Assembly (NCBI GenBank): GCA_963728205.1
Contig: CAVSIV010000006.1
Coordinates: 1,024,001-1,088,000, forward strand
DNA from: an uncultured Chloroflexia bacterium
GTDB taxonomy: Bacteria > Chloroflexota > Dehalococcoidia > UBA2979
Direction: 5' to 3'
Length of the DNA: 64,000 bases
Shown here: positions 10,760-23,433 of the stretch, one piece after another
How the letters are laid out: every line of letters starts with the position of its first letter
How positions within the stretch are numbered: position 1 is the first letter of the stretch
Position numbers and translations under genes: made by a program
Notes under the pieces: generated by a model
The model's database searches: none
Seen by the model: the letters and a program-made list of their open reading frames with translations, nothing else
What the model was told of the DNA's origin: nothing

Positions 10760-11821
10760 ATGCCGAGGATGCGCACCACCCTTCGCCGGGCGACGCGACG
10801 CTGGACGCGCCCCGTCCGCCGCGCGCTCCGTCGGCGCGGCCTGCTGCCCCGCCGTCCCGCGCGGGAGGCGTCGCGCGAGGAGCACGTCGAGTCGCGTGCG
10901 AACCGCATCGACGATCACCTGCTGCAGCATGTCGTCGTGGTCCGCATGTTCTCGCGCACGTTCCCGACGTCGAACGTGTGGGTGTTGCACGACGGCAACG
11001 ACGCCGCGCTCATCGACGCGGGGTACGGCGACGACCAGTCGATCGACGAGCGCACGCGGTTCTTCCAGCAGGAGATGCCGCAGCTGCGCGTGCAGAACAT
11101 CCTGATCACGCACCACCACTTCGACCACTCGTCGGGCGGGCGGCGGCTCCGCGACCTCCTGCACGCCGAAACGGCCATCAATCCCATCGACGAGGCGATC
11201 CTGCACACGCCCACCGAGTCGAACGAGGACCTCCCGGACGAGAAGGAGATCGCGGAGCGCGCGCGCCTCTGGCGCGACGAGGCGCTGCACACGCCGATCG
11301 ACCGCACGCTCGCCGACGGCGAGACCGTTACGGTCGGCGGCCTCACCGTGCGCGCCGTGCACACGCCCGGCCACACCGCCGGCCACAACTGCTACTGGGT
11401 CGAGCCGCTCGGCGTGCTCTTCACCGGCGACAACGTGCTCGGCGTCGGCACCAGCGCGATCGGCCCACCGCCGGCCGGCGACATGCAGGCGTACCTCGAC
11501 AGCCTCGTGCGGATGCGCGAACTCCAAGCGAAGCTCTTCGCGCCGGGCCACGGCCCGCTCGTGCGCGAGACCGACGCGAAGATCAAGGAATTGCTCGACC
11601 ACCGCGCGGTGCGCGACCGCCAGATCCTGGACCTCATCGATCACGGCTACGAGTACGACCGGCAGCTCCGTCGCGCGCTCTACCCGGAGATCCAGAAGGG
11701 CCTCCGGCGCGCGGCCCGCGGGCAGATCCGCGCGCACCTCGCCCGGCTCGTCGGCCAGGGCGTCGTCACCCTCGAGGAAATCGACGGCGGCAAGACGTGG
11801 AAGGTCGCGCTCACGAAGTGA
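10760..11821 (+). CDS. MBL-fold hydrolase with C-terminal winged helix (LACTB2-like)
   Basis: THHHFDH, HTPGHTAGH, TGDNVLGVGT, PGHGP, AHLARL; true start probably downstream. Confidence 0.85.
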   Translation: MPRMRTTLRRATRRWTRPVRRALRRRGLLPRRPAREASREEHVESRANRIDDHLLQHVVVVRMFSRTFPTSNVWVLHDGNDAALIDAGYGDDQSIDERTRFFQQEMPQLRVQNILITHHHFDHSSGGRRLRDLLHAETAINPIDEAILHTPTESNEDLPDEKEIAERARLWRDEALHTPIDRTLADGETVTVGGLTVRAVHTPGHTAGHNCYWVEPLGVLFTGDNVLGVGTSAIGPPPAGDMQAYLDSLVRMRELQAKLFAPGHGPLVRETDAKIKELLDHRAVRDRQILDLIDHGYEYDRQLRRALYPEIQKGLRRAARGQIRAHLARLVGQGVVTLEEIDGGKTWKVALTK

Positions 11822-11902
11822 GCCGTCGCGCGCGGCCGGCCGCGCGCTCACCTGCTGAGCCCGCGTCTCAGCTACCGCCGAACCGGCTGCTAGCCTGAGC
11901 AG

Positions 11903-12850
11903 GTGACCCACTCGCACTCCGGCGAGACGCATGCGGAGACGACGGATCGCCGGCGCCTGCTGACCGCGCTCGTGCTCAGCGTCGTGACCGTCGGCGTCGA
12001 GTTGTGGGGCGGCCTCGCGACCGGTTCGCTCGCGCTGCTGGCCGACGCCGGGCACGTGTTCGCCGACGTCGGCGCGCTCGTCCTCGCGCTCTTCGCCGTG
12101 TGGCTCGCGTCGCGGCCGCACACCGCGCAGGAGACGTTCGGCTACCACCGCGCCGAGGTGCTCGCCGCGACGGCGAACGCGCTCGTGCTGCTGCTGATCT
12201 CGGTCGGCATCGGCTGGGAGGCCGTGCGGCGACTGCAGTCGCAGCCGGAGGTGCAGGGCCTCGGCCTGCTGGTCGTCGCGACGTTCGGCCTCGTCGCGAA
12301 CACGGCGCAGGTGCTGGTGCTGCAGCACGCGGAGTCGGTGAACACGCGTGCCGCGCGGCTGCACGTGCTGTCCGACGCCGGCGGCTCGCTGGTCGCCGTG
12401 GCGGCCGGGATCGGCGTGCAGCTGACCGGGCGGCAGGTGCTCGACCCGGCGCTGTCGCTCGTGATCGTCGTGCTGGTCGTCGTCAGTGCGGTGCGCATGC
12501 TGCGCGAGACCCTCGGCATCCTCATGGAGCACACGCCGCGCGGGCTCGACGCGCGCGTGCTCACCGCGGCGCTGCTCGACGACCCCGACGTCCTGGCCGT
12601 GCACGAGCTGCACCTCTGGACGATCACCAGCGGCTTCGACGCGCTGACCGCGCACATCGAGCTGCCCCCCGGCACGGACGCGGTCGCCATCGCGCAGCGC
12701 TGCGCGACACGCCTGCGTGCGGAGTTCGGCATCGAGCACGCGACGATCCAGCCGGAGTTCGCGCCGCTGCTCGACCTCGGTGAGCCGGGTGCGCCGCCCG
12801 CGGACCGGCCGCGCAATCCTCGCGCGCACCACCGCACCACGGGGACATAG
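11903..12850 (+). CDS. Cation diffusion facilitator (CzcD/ZitB-like Zn/Co/Cd exporter)
   Basis: SLALLADAGHVFAD, TFGYHRAE, LHVLSD, VHELHLWTIT, HATIQPE. Confidence 0.92.
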   Translation: MTHSHSGETHAETTDRRRLLTALVLSVVTVGVELWGGLATGSLALLADAGHVFADVGALVLALFAVWLASRPHTAQETFGYHRAEVLAATANALVLLLISVGIGWEAVRRLQSQPEVQGLGLLVVATFGLVANTAQVLVLQHAESVNTRAARLHVLSDAGGSLVAVAAGIGVQLTGRQVLDPALSLVIVVLVVVSAVRMLRETLGILMEHTPRGLDARVLTAALLDDPDVLAVHELHLWTITSGFDALTAHIELPPGTDAVAIAQRCATRLRAEFGIEHATIQPEFAPLLDLGEPGAPPADRPRNPRAHHRTTGT

Positions 12851-12926
12851 CGTCGAGCCGCGGCACCGGCTCTGCTAGCATCCGCCCGCTCGCGCCGCCG
12901 CCGCGACGCAGGCGGGAGTCGCCACG

Positions 12927-13784
12927 ATGCCGGCACGCCCCTCGATTCGACCGCTGCTCGCGCGCGGCGCGCCGCCCGTCACGGTGCCGGTCTGCCTCGA
13001 CCCGCTCGGCGCGCGGCTCGCGGAGCGGCTCGGCTTCGCGGCCGCCTACCTCAGCGGCGGCGCGCTCGGCTTCTCGCTCGCCATCTCCGAGGCGCTGTTG
13101 ACGCTGACCGAGATCGCGGACGCGGCGCGGCACATCGCGCAGCGCACCGCGCTGCCGCTGATCGTCGACGGCGGTGTGGGGTTCGGCGACGCGGTGCACG
13201 CCGCGCGGGCCGTGCGCGAGATCGAGGCGACCGGCGCGGCGGCGGTCGAGATCGAAGACCAGGTCGCGCCGAAGCGCGCACACCACCACCGGGGCGTCGA
13301 GCACCTCGTGCCCGTCGACGTCATGGTCGGGAAGATCGCGGAGGCCGTCGCCGCGCGTCGCGACGCGGAGTTCGCGATCATCGCCCGCACCGGCGGCGTG
13401 CGAAACGAGGGCATGGACGCGGCGATCGCGCGCGCCCGTGCCTACCGCGCGGCCGGCGCCGACGCGATCCTGCTGAGCCCGCGCGACGAGGCCGAGATGG
13501 CACGCGCCGGCCGTGAGATCGACGCGCCGCTCGTCGCGATGACGCTCGCCGGCCGCTGGCCTGCGGACCGCCTGCGCGAATGGGGCTTCACGCTGGTGAT
13601 CGACCCGTTCAGCGGCCAGGTCGTGATGTACCGCGCGCTCCGCGACATGCTGCGGTCGGTCGCCGCGACCGGCGCTCCGACCGACCGCGGCGAGGACCTG
13701 ATGGCGCTCTACCGCGACCTGCAGGACGTCGCCGGCATGGACGATCTCTACGCGATCGAGCAGCGCACGACCGAGCCCGCATAG
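12927..13784 (+). CDS. Isocitrate lyase/PEP mutase superfamily enzyme
   Basis: D..GAR.AE..GF.A.YLSG, PLIVD..VGFG, IEDQVAPKR, IIART, RARAY..AGAD. Confidence 0.85.
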   Translation: MPARPSIRPLLARGAPPVTVPVCLDPLGARLAERLGFAAAYLSGGALGFSLAISEALLTLTEIADAARHIAQRTALPLIVDGGVGFGDAVHAARAVREIEATGAAAVEIEDQVAPKRAHHHRGVEHLVPVDVMVGKIAEAVAARRDAEFAIIARTGGVRNEGMDAAIARARAYRAAGADAILLSPRDEAEMARAGREIDAPLVAMTLAGRWPADRLREWGFTLVIDPFSGQVVMYRALRDMLRSVAATGAPTDRGEDLMALYRDLQDVAGMDDLYAIEQRTTEPA

Positions 13785-13820
13785 TCCTCCCACCGCGTGC
13801 GCCGACGACGCGCCGGTTGC

Positions 13821-13826
13821 TATGAT
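13821..13826 (+). promoter_or_regulatory. -10 element of the ileS leader promoter
   Basis: TATGAT just upstream of T-box stem I. Confidence 0.55.
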
Positions 13827-13834
13827 CCGCGGAC

Positions 13835-14186
13835 AGGCTGTGACGGAGCCCAGTACCCCGGCGGTCCCGCCCACGCGGCGGCGAACCGCTCAGCGAGTCC
13901 GGGACGGTGCGAGCCGGACGCGTGCCACGCCGGGTGAAGATCCCTCCCGAGCCGCCGACCGAACGCACGCACCCCGGGTGCGCGCCCAGTAGGCTCGGCC
14001 GGAGCGCCCACCGTTACCAGGGGCAGCGTCATCGGCGAGCGCTCGCGACCCGCGAGCGACGCGGCCCGTGACGCGGCGAGCGGCCACGCCTCGCGAGGGG
14101 CGCGGCAACGCGGGTGGTACCGCGGGTCTCGACGTCGCACCACGACGCCGTCGCCCGTCCCGCACCAGAGCGGGACGGGCGTTTTC
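13835..14186 (+). ncRNA. T-box riboswitch (Ile specifier) with intrinsic terminator
   Basis: AGTA, AGCGA and GGTGCGAG stem I motifs; specifier loop GAAG-ATC-CCTCC (ATC=Ile, 13940-13942); CCGTTA; T-box AACGCGGGTGGTACCGCG (14107-14124); terminator CGCCCGTCCCGC-N6-GCGGGACGGGCG-TTTT (14152-14185). Confidence 0.93.
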
Positions 14187-14239
14187 GTGCCCGGCGCAGC
14201 CGCGCCGGAGACGCGCCCGTCGATTGGTGGAGGCGGAGC

Positions 14240-17539
<3,300 letters not shown>

Positions 17540-17588
17540 GCGGGCTGAGCAACCCGCGCGACCGTGCGCTCGCGGGCCGGCCGCCCCG

Positions 17589-18167
17589 ATGACGGACGAC
17601 GTCCTTCCCACCGACCTCCTGATCCGCACCCCGCGCCTCGAGCTGCGCTCGATGACGCCGGACTTCCACGCCGCCGTGATCGACGCCGACCGGCGTCGCG
17701 CCGAGCAGGTGCTCGGCGGCGCGATCCCCCCGGAGTGGATCGCCGACCCCGTGACGCTACGCCGCGCGCGCTACTGGCTCGGCCTGCTGCGCGCCGACCC
17801 TGCGCGCGAGCCCTGGCTCGCCCGCGCGATCGTTCGCCGCGACGACGACCGCTTCGCCGGCCACATCGGCTTCCACGACCGGCCGGGCGCCGCCTACCTC
17901 GAGGAGTACTGCCCCGGCGCGAACGCCGTCGAGATCGGCTACACGGTCCTCGAGCCCTACCGTCGCCTCGGCTATGCAACCGAGGCGGCCGGCGCGCTGA
18001 TGGACTGGGCCCGCGAAGGCCACGGCATCACGCGCTTCGTGGCGTCGGTGAGCCCGGAGAACGCCGCGTCGCTCGGCGTGATCGCGAAGTTCGGCTTCAC
18101 GCGGATCGGCGAGCACATGGACGACGAGGACGGTCTCGAGCACGTCTTCGAGCGGCGCGTCTCCTAG
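17589..18167 (+). CDS. GNAT N-acetyltransferase (RimJ/RimL type)
   Basis: T.RLELR, VEIGYTV...YRRLGYATEA, EN.AS..V..KFGF. Confidence 0.88.
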   Translation: MTDDVLPTDLLIRTPRLELRSMTPDFHAAVIDADRRRAEQVLGGAIPPEWIADPVTLRRARYWLGLLRADPAREPWLARAIVRRDDDRFAGHIGFHDRPGAAYLEEYCPGANAVEIGYTVLEPYRRLGYATEAAGALMDWAREGHGITRFVASVSPENAASLGVIAKFGFTRIGEHMDDEDGLEHVFERRVS

Positions 18168-18220
18168 CGCGTAACGGCGCGATCGCCGCCGGACGAGCGG
18201 CCGCCAACTGGGCGGCGCGC

Positions 18221-19348
18221 CTAGCGCCCGCGCGACGGCGTCCGCGCGCCCGGGTCGGCGCGGCGGGGGTCGCGCTCCGGGCGCCCGTCGTGCCCGTCCA
18301 GGTGGTGCGGCGGCACCGCCTCGTCGTCGCCGGCGAGCACGAGCCCGCGCAGGAACGTGCGCACGGCGTGCCGCCAGTCGCCCTCGCCCTCCGAGCTGCC
18401 GTGTCGCGGCTCCTCGTGCACCACATGCGGCGTCTCGGCCGCGACCTCCGCGCCGAACAGCACGATGTTCGCGGTGAGGTACACCCAGAACAGCAGCACG
18501 ATCACGCTCGCGATCGGGCCGTAGATCACGTCGTACGACGCGAAGTTCGCGAGGTAGAACGCGAACCCCACCTTCAGGCCTTCGAAGCCCGTCGCCGCCA
18601 GCAGCGCGCCGCCCCAGATGTAGCGGAAGCGCACCGGCCGGTTGGGGATCATCCAGTACAGCAGCGCGAAGGCGACGAACGAGAGACCGAGGGGGATCAG
18701 GAACACGCCCAGCTCCCAGAGCCACAGCAGCTGCGCCTGCACGAACGGGAGCCGCGCGACCTGCTGGCGCGCAATGCGCCACGCGGCCGTGAGGACGATG
18801 CCGCCGAGGAACGGCAGCCCGATCACCGGGATGACCGCGTAGTCGAGGAGCTTGCCGCGCACGAGCGGGCGGCTGCGCGGCGCCTGGAAGATCACGTTGA
18901 GCGCGGAGCGGATGGCGGCCGACAGCGCGCCCGCGGTCCACAGCGCGCCGAGCACCGACACGATCGACAGCGTCGGCCCGAGCGACGCTGCGCTCTTCAG
19001 CGCCTGCTGGATCGAGCCCTGGTTGCCCGGGTCGATCGGCAGCTGCGTGAGGATCTCGTCGAGCACCCTGTCCTGCACGCTCGGCGAGCGCAGCACGATG
19101 CCGAAGATCGAGACCGCGAGCAGCGTGAGCGGGAAGAGCGAGAACAGCCCGTAGTAGGAGATGGAGGCGGCCATCTGCGTGCCGCGGTCCTCGACGAAGT
19201 TCGCCACCGCGCGCCCGAGGATGCGCAGCGTCAGGCGGTACCAGCGTGGCCGCGGGTGCCGGCCGCCGGCGCTGCCGGCGTGGGCTGGAGCCTGTCCGCT
19301 CACCGGCCGATCCTCGGTGCGCTCGCCGCGTCTCGATCGTCGGGCCAT
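18221..19348 (-). CDS. YihY/virulence factor BrkB family membrane protein
   Basis: AASISYYGLFSLFP, ALN.IF, LY...PN, YG.IASVIVLLFWVYL...I.LFGAE. Confidence 0.88.
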   Translation of the reverse strand: MARRSRRGERTEDRPVSGQAPAHAGSAGGRHPRPRWYRLTLRILGRAVANFVEDRGTQMAASISYYGLFSLFPLTLLAVSIFGIVLRSPSVQDRVLDEILTQLPIDPGNQGSIQQALKSAASLGPTLSIVSVLGALWTAGALSAAIRSALNVIFQAPRSRPLVRGKLLDYAVIPVIGLPFLGGIVLTAAWRIARQQVARLPFVQAQLLWLWELGVFLIPLGLSFVAFALLYWMIPNRPVRFRYIWGGALLAATGFEGLKVGFAFYLANFASYDVIYGPIASVIVLLFWVYLTANIVLFGAEVAAETPHVVHEEPRHGSSEGEGDWRHAVRTFLRGLVLAGDDEAVPPHHLDGHDGRPERDPRRADPGARTPSRGR

Positions 19349-19465
19349 GTTCAGCGATGCTAGGCGTCGCGCCGTTACAGGGTAGCGGAGCCGCGCGGAC
19401 GCGGACGTTCGCGCGCACGCCGCACCGCCCCGCAACGTCGCGACGCCAGCGGCCGAGAAGGACCC

Positions 19466-20629
19466 ATGACCGGCGAACGGCTCCGCCCGCAGCACCTCGA
19501 GCACCGGCGCGTCGTCGTCAAGGTCGGCTCGAACGTGCTCACCGCCGGCACCGACCGGCTCGACCCGCGCGCGATGGCGAGCATCGCCGAGCAGATCGCG
19601 GAGCTGCGCCGCCTCGGCGGGCAGGCCGTACTCGTGAGCTCGGGCGCGGTCGCCGCCGGGCGGCATCGGGTGAGCACCGCCGCGGCCGACGGCGCGGCGC
19701 GCGCGCGCGACCTGCACATGCGGCAGGTGCTCGCCGCGATCGGCCAGAGCCGCCTCATGGCGCTGTGGGACGAGCTGTTCGACCAGCACACCATCGTGAT
19801 CGCGCAGGCCCTGCTGACGCGCGCCGACCTCGCGAACCGCCTCGCCTACCTCAACGCGCGCAACACGCTGATGGAGCTGCTCGAGCTCGGCGTCGTCCCG
19901 ATCATCAACGAGAACGACGTCGTCTCGGTCGAGGAGATCGCCGCGACGATCGGAGACAACGACAACCTCTCGGCGCAGGTCGCGAACCTGATCGACGCCG
20001 ACCTGCTGCTGATCCTCACCGACATCGCCGGCCTCTACACCGCCGACCCCGCGCACGACCGCGACGCGAAGCTGATCGAGCGCGTGGAACGCATCGACGC
20101 GGAGATCGAGCAGGCGGCCGCCGGCGGGCCGGGCGCGCGCGGCACCGGCGGCATGGTGACGAAGGTTCAGGCCGCGCGCATCGCCACGCAGTCGGGCACG
20201 CACGTGGTGCTGGCGCACGGCGCCGCCGACGACGTCGTGCTGCGCGCCGCCGCCGGCGAGCCGGCGGTCGGCACGCACTTCCTCCCGACGGGCGACCGCA
20301 TGGAGAGCCGCCTGCGCTACCTGCTCTCCGGCCTGCAGACGCGCGGCCGCATCGAGATCGACGCCGGCGCGGCGCGCGCGCTGCTGCGCGGGGCGAACTC
20401 GCTGCTGCCGGCGGGCGTCGTCGCGCGCAGCGGCGAGTTCAAGCGCGGCGACGTCGTGCAGATCGTGACCGGCGACGGCGTTGCAGTGGCGCGCGGCATC
20501 GCGAACTACTCGTCGGACGAGGTGGACCGCATCCGCGGCCAGCACTCCGACCAGATCGCGGGCGTGCTCGGCTACGAGTACGGTGAGGAAGTCGTGCACC
20601 GCAACAACATGGTCCTGGTCGACCGATGA
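19466..20629 (+). CDS. proB: Glutamate 5-kinase with PUA domain
   Basis: VVKVGSNVL, VSSGAVAAG, AAIGQ, INENDVV, GDNDNL, GTGGMVTK, VHRNN. Confidence 0.96.
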   Translation: MTGERLRPQHLEHRRVVVKVGSNVLTAGTDRLDPRAMASIAEQIAELRRLGGQAVLVSSGAVAAGRHRVSTAAADGAARARDLHMRQVLAAIGQSRLMALWDELFDQHTIVIAQALLTRADLANRLAYLNARNTLMELLELGVVPIINENDVVSVEEIAATIGDNDNLSAQVANLIDADLLLILTDIAGLYTADPAHDRDAKLIERVERIDAEIEQAAAGGPGARGTGGMVTKVQAARIATQSGTHVVLAHGAADDVVLRAAAGEPAVGTHFLPTGDRMESRLRYLLSGLQTRGRIEIDAGAARALLRGANSLLPAGVVARSGEFKRGDVVQIVTGDGVAVARGIANYSSDEVDRIRGQHSDQIAGVLGYEYGEEVVHRNNMVLVDR

Positions 20630-21504
20630 GCTCCGAGCCGCCACTGCCCGTCGCGGAGCACCTGCTGCGGCCGTCGGCTCCCGAGACGCTCGCGGCATGG
20701 CGCGCGCTGGTGCTCGCGAACCGCGAGCAGATCGAGCGCCTGCGCGAGGACGAGCCGCGCACCGACTTCTACGCGCGGCGTGCGCCGCTCTTCCGCCCCG
20801 GCCGCATGGAGTCCGCCGAGCTCGAGGTGCTGCTCGCGGCCGGCGACGCGTCGAGCACGTGGCTCGACGTGGGCGCCGGCGGCGGCCGCTTCGCGATCCC
20901 GCTCGCCGAGCGCTTCGCGCACGTGATCGCCGTCGAGCCGTCGCCGGCGATGCGCGAGGCGCTGCGCTCCGGCGCCGCCGAGCACGGCCTGGCGAACATC
21001 GACGTGCACGACCTGCGCTGGCCGCCGCCGGCCGGCGCGCCGGACGTCACCGCCGATTTCGGCCTCGTCGCGCACGTGCTCTACGACATCGACGACATCG
21101 GCGCGTTCCTCGACGCGCTCGAGGCGCGCGTCCGCCGGCGCTGTCACGTCGTGCTCGGCAACCGCGCGCCGAGCACCGCCTTCGAGCCGGCGTGGACGGA
21201 GCTGTGGGGCGAGCCGCTGCGCCGCCTCCCGGCGCTGCCCGAGTTCCTGCGCGTCCTCGGCGCGCTCGGCCGGCGGTTCGACGTGCGGACGTTCCCGTCG
21301 CACCGCGACACCGAGCCGCTCTCGCTCGACGACGCGCACGCCGCCGCGCGGCGGCTCTACTGGGTGGCGGAGGGCTCGGAGCGCGACGCTCGGCTGCGCG
21401 ACCTGATCGCGCGCCAGTTCGGGGACGGCGCCGGCGGCGCGATCCGCCTGCCGCAGCGCATCAACTACACCGCCGTCGTCGCGTGGGAGCCGCCGGCGGC
21501 GTGA
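20626..21504 (+). CDS. Class I SAM-dependent methyltransferase
   Basis: WLDVGAGGGRFA, AVEPSPAM; ATGA overlap with proB. Confidence 0.85.
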   Translation: MSSEPPLPVAEHLLRPSAPETLAAWRALVLANREQIERLREDEPRTDFYARRAPLFRPGRMESAELEVLLAAGDASSTWLDVGAGGGRFAIPLAERFAHVIAVEPSPAMREALRSGAAEHGLANIDVHDLRWPPPAGAPDVTADFGLVAHVLYDIDDIGAFLDALEARVRRRCHVVLGNRAPSTAFEPAWTELWGEPLRRLPALPEFLRVLGALGRRFDVRTFPSHRDTEPLSLDDAHAAARRLYWVAEGSERDARLRDLIARQFGDGAGGAIRLPQRINYTAVVAWEPPAA

Positions 21505-21526
21505 CCCGCCGCCGGGCACGCGCGGC

Positions 21527-23059
21527 CTACGGCCAGCGGAACGTGGCGAACGCCCAGTCCATCAGGTTGCCGACGTCCGTGTAGCGCGTCTGGTCGTTCA
21601 GCACGACCGCGATCACGCGGTGGCCGTTGCGCGTCGCCGACACGGCGAGCGTCGGTCCCGCCTCGGACGTCCAGCCCGTCTTGAGACCGTCCGCCCCGGG
21701 GTACGAGCGCAGGAACTGGTTGACGTTCGACAGGTCGATCGTGCGGTTGCCCGTCGCCGCCCACGTCTTTGTGTCGACGATCGATTGGAAGAGCGGCAGC
21801 GTCATGCCGTAGCGCGCGACCATGGCGAGATCGTAGGCCGAGGAGTAGTGCGTCGGACCGCCGAGGCCATCGGGGTCGGTATACGACGTGTCGTGCAGGC
21901 CGAGTCGGTCGACGAGCGTGTTCATCTGGTGCACGAAGGCGCTCGTGGAGCCGCCGACGTACTGCGCGAGCGACAGGGCGGCGTCGTTCCCCGACGGCAG
22001 CAGCAGCCCGTAGAGCAGGTCCTTCACCTGGAAGCAGTCGCCAGGCAGCAGGCCCATGACGCTGTCGTTGTCGGCGACCAGCGGGCGGCTGTCGACGGAG
22101 TTGAGCACCCACTGACCGGTGTCCGCGCCTTCGATGGCGACGACCGCCGTCGTCATCTTCGTGAGGCTGGCCGGAGCGAGCCGCGCGTGCTCGTTCTGGC
22201 CGAAGAGCACCTCGCCCGAGGCGGCGTCGATGACGACCGCGGCCTTCGCGTTCGTCGACGGCGGCGCGGTGTTCGACTGCCGCGTCGGCGCCGTGGCGGG
22301 GGCGACGCTGAGCGGGATGCTGGCCTGCGTCGCGGCGCCGCCGCACACGACGAAGATGATCGAGTTGGGGGGGATGGTCGATGTGGGGAACTGGTCGGTC
22401 CAGCCCTTGTTCACCCACGACGGGACGTGCGTGAGGTAGCCGACGAGATTGCCGGTGCCGGTGGCCTGCGTCCAGATCGACTGCGGGCTGCAGCCCTGGG
22501 CGAGGGCGGCGGTAATCACGCCTTCCGTCGAGCCGCCGCCCCACACGGTGGCGCCGATGCCGCTCGGCGGGAGCGCGTTGCTGAAGCCGGGCCGTCGTGC
22601 GGAGAGCGCGCCGCCGGCCGTGGCACAGCCGGTCGCGGAAGGCGCCTCGTCGAGGAACTGGTCCGCGACCCACCCGACCTGGCTGCCCGCGGTGACCATC
22701 TGCCAGCGGTACCCATCGCTCACCTGCGTCGCCGGCATCACGAGCACTGAGGAGTGATCGGGGAGGCAGGTGACGACGCTCGCGGAGAGCGCGGCGCCCG
22801 AGCGCAGCCGCAGGCAGTCGCCGTCGCCGTTGACGACGGCCTGCGTGCCGGGCTTCAGCGGCTGCGTGCGGAGGTTGAGAACGCCGGTGACGACGAGCGG
22901 CGCGGGCGCCACGCCCGCGGCCGGTGCGGCGGCGGCGGGCGCCGCCGACGGCACAGCCGGATCGGTGCGGGCCGCCGCGGGCGCGACGGAGACGAGCAAC
23001 ACAGCAAGGGCGGCGAGCATGGCCGCGGGCGCGACCAGCCAGTCACGACGGAGGAACAT
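21527..23059 (-). CDS. Exported D-alanyl-D-alanine carboxypeptidase (S11) with SH3b-like and unnamed N-terminal domains
   Basis: Signal peptide; CLRLRSG...W..V......GWVA SH3b-like; PASLTK (SxxK), SGN (SxN), KTG. Confidence 0.88.
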   Translation of the reverse strand: MFLRRDWLVAPAAMLAALAVLLVSVAPAAARTDPAVPSAAPAAAAPAAGVAPAPLVVTGVLNLRTQPLKPGTQAVVNGDGDCLRLRSGAALSASVVTCLPDHSSVLVMPATQVSDGYRWQMVTAGSQVGWVADQFLDEAPSATGCATAGGALSARRPGFSNALPPSGIGATVWGGGSTEGVITAALAQGCSPQSIWTQATGTGNLVGYLTHVPSWVNKGWTDQFPTSTIPPNSIIFVVCGGAATQASIPLSVAPATAPTRQSNTAPPSTNAKAAVVIDAASGEVLFGQNEHARLAPASLTKMTTAVVAIEGADTGQWVLNSVDSRPLVADNDSVMGLLPGDCFQVKDLLYGLLLPSGNDAALSLAQYVGGSTSAFVHQMNTLVDRLGLHDTSYTDPDGLGGPTHYSSAYDLAMVARYGMTLPLFQSIVDTKTWAATGNRTIDLSNVNQFLRSYPGADGLKTGWTSEAGPTLAVSATRNGHRVIAVVLNDQTRYTDVGNLMDWAFATFRWP

Positions 23060-23170
23060 CGCAGCATCCGAACCACCCCCGCCGCTGACGCACTGATGCT
23101 AGCGAGCGCGACTCTCGCGTTCAATGCGGGTGTCGGTAGGAGACGGGCGCTGGCAGGCGCGGCGAGAGGC

Positions 23171-23260
23171 TCAGCGCGGCCGGATCGCGGTGATGATCGC
23201 GATCCCGGCGAGGTTCGCGACGAAGAGGGTGAGCACGAGCAGCGAGCGTGTCAGCTCCAT
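23171..23260 (-). CDS. Candidate 29-aa single-pass membrane microprotein
   Basis: MELTRSLLVLTLFVANLAGIAIITAIRPR; CACACT 6 nt before ATG fits the local leaderless pattern. Confidence 0.4.
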   Translation of the reverse strand: MELTRSLLVLTLFVANLAGIAIITAIRPR

Positions 23261-23433
23261 GCCGCCAGTGTGCCCCTTCGACGCAAGCCCGGGGATCGGG
23301 AGATCACCGATCCCCGGCCGCCACCCGCGCGCGTCACACGATGCCGGGCACCGCGCGCCGGTTGTCTCTGGCACGCGTGGGCTCGATCATCGAAGGGGCG
23401 GCGCGCGCGGCGCGCCGGGGAGGGAACGATTCC

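Noticed and set aside
14114-14239. N-terminal extension of IleRS in the ORF track
   Set aside because: It overlaps the T-box antiterminator/terminator; the real start is ATG 14240 after GGAGG
19349-20698. Apparent 825-aa YihY fusion
   Set aside because: The extension is antisense to proB; the YihY domain starts near 19348
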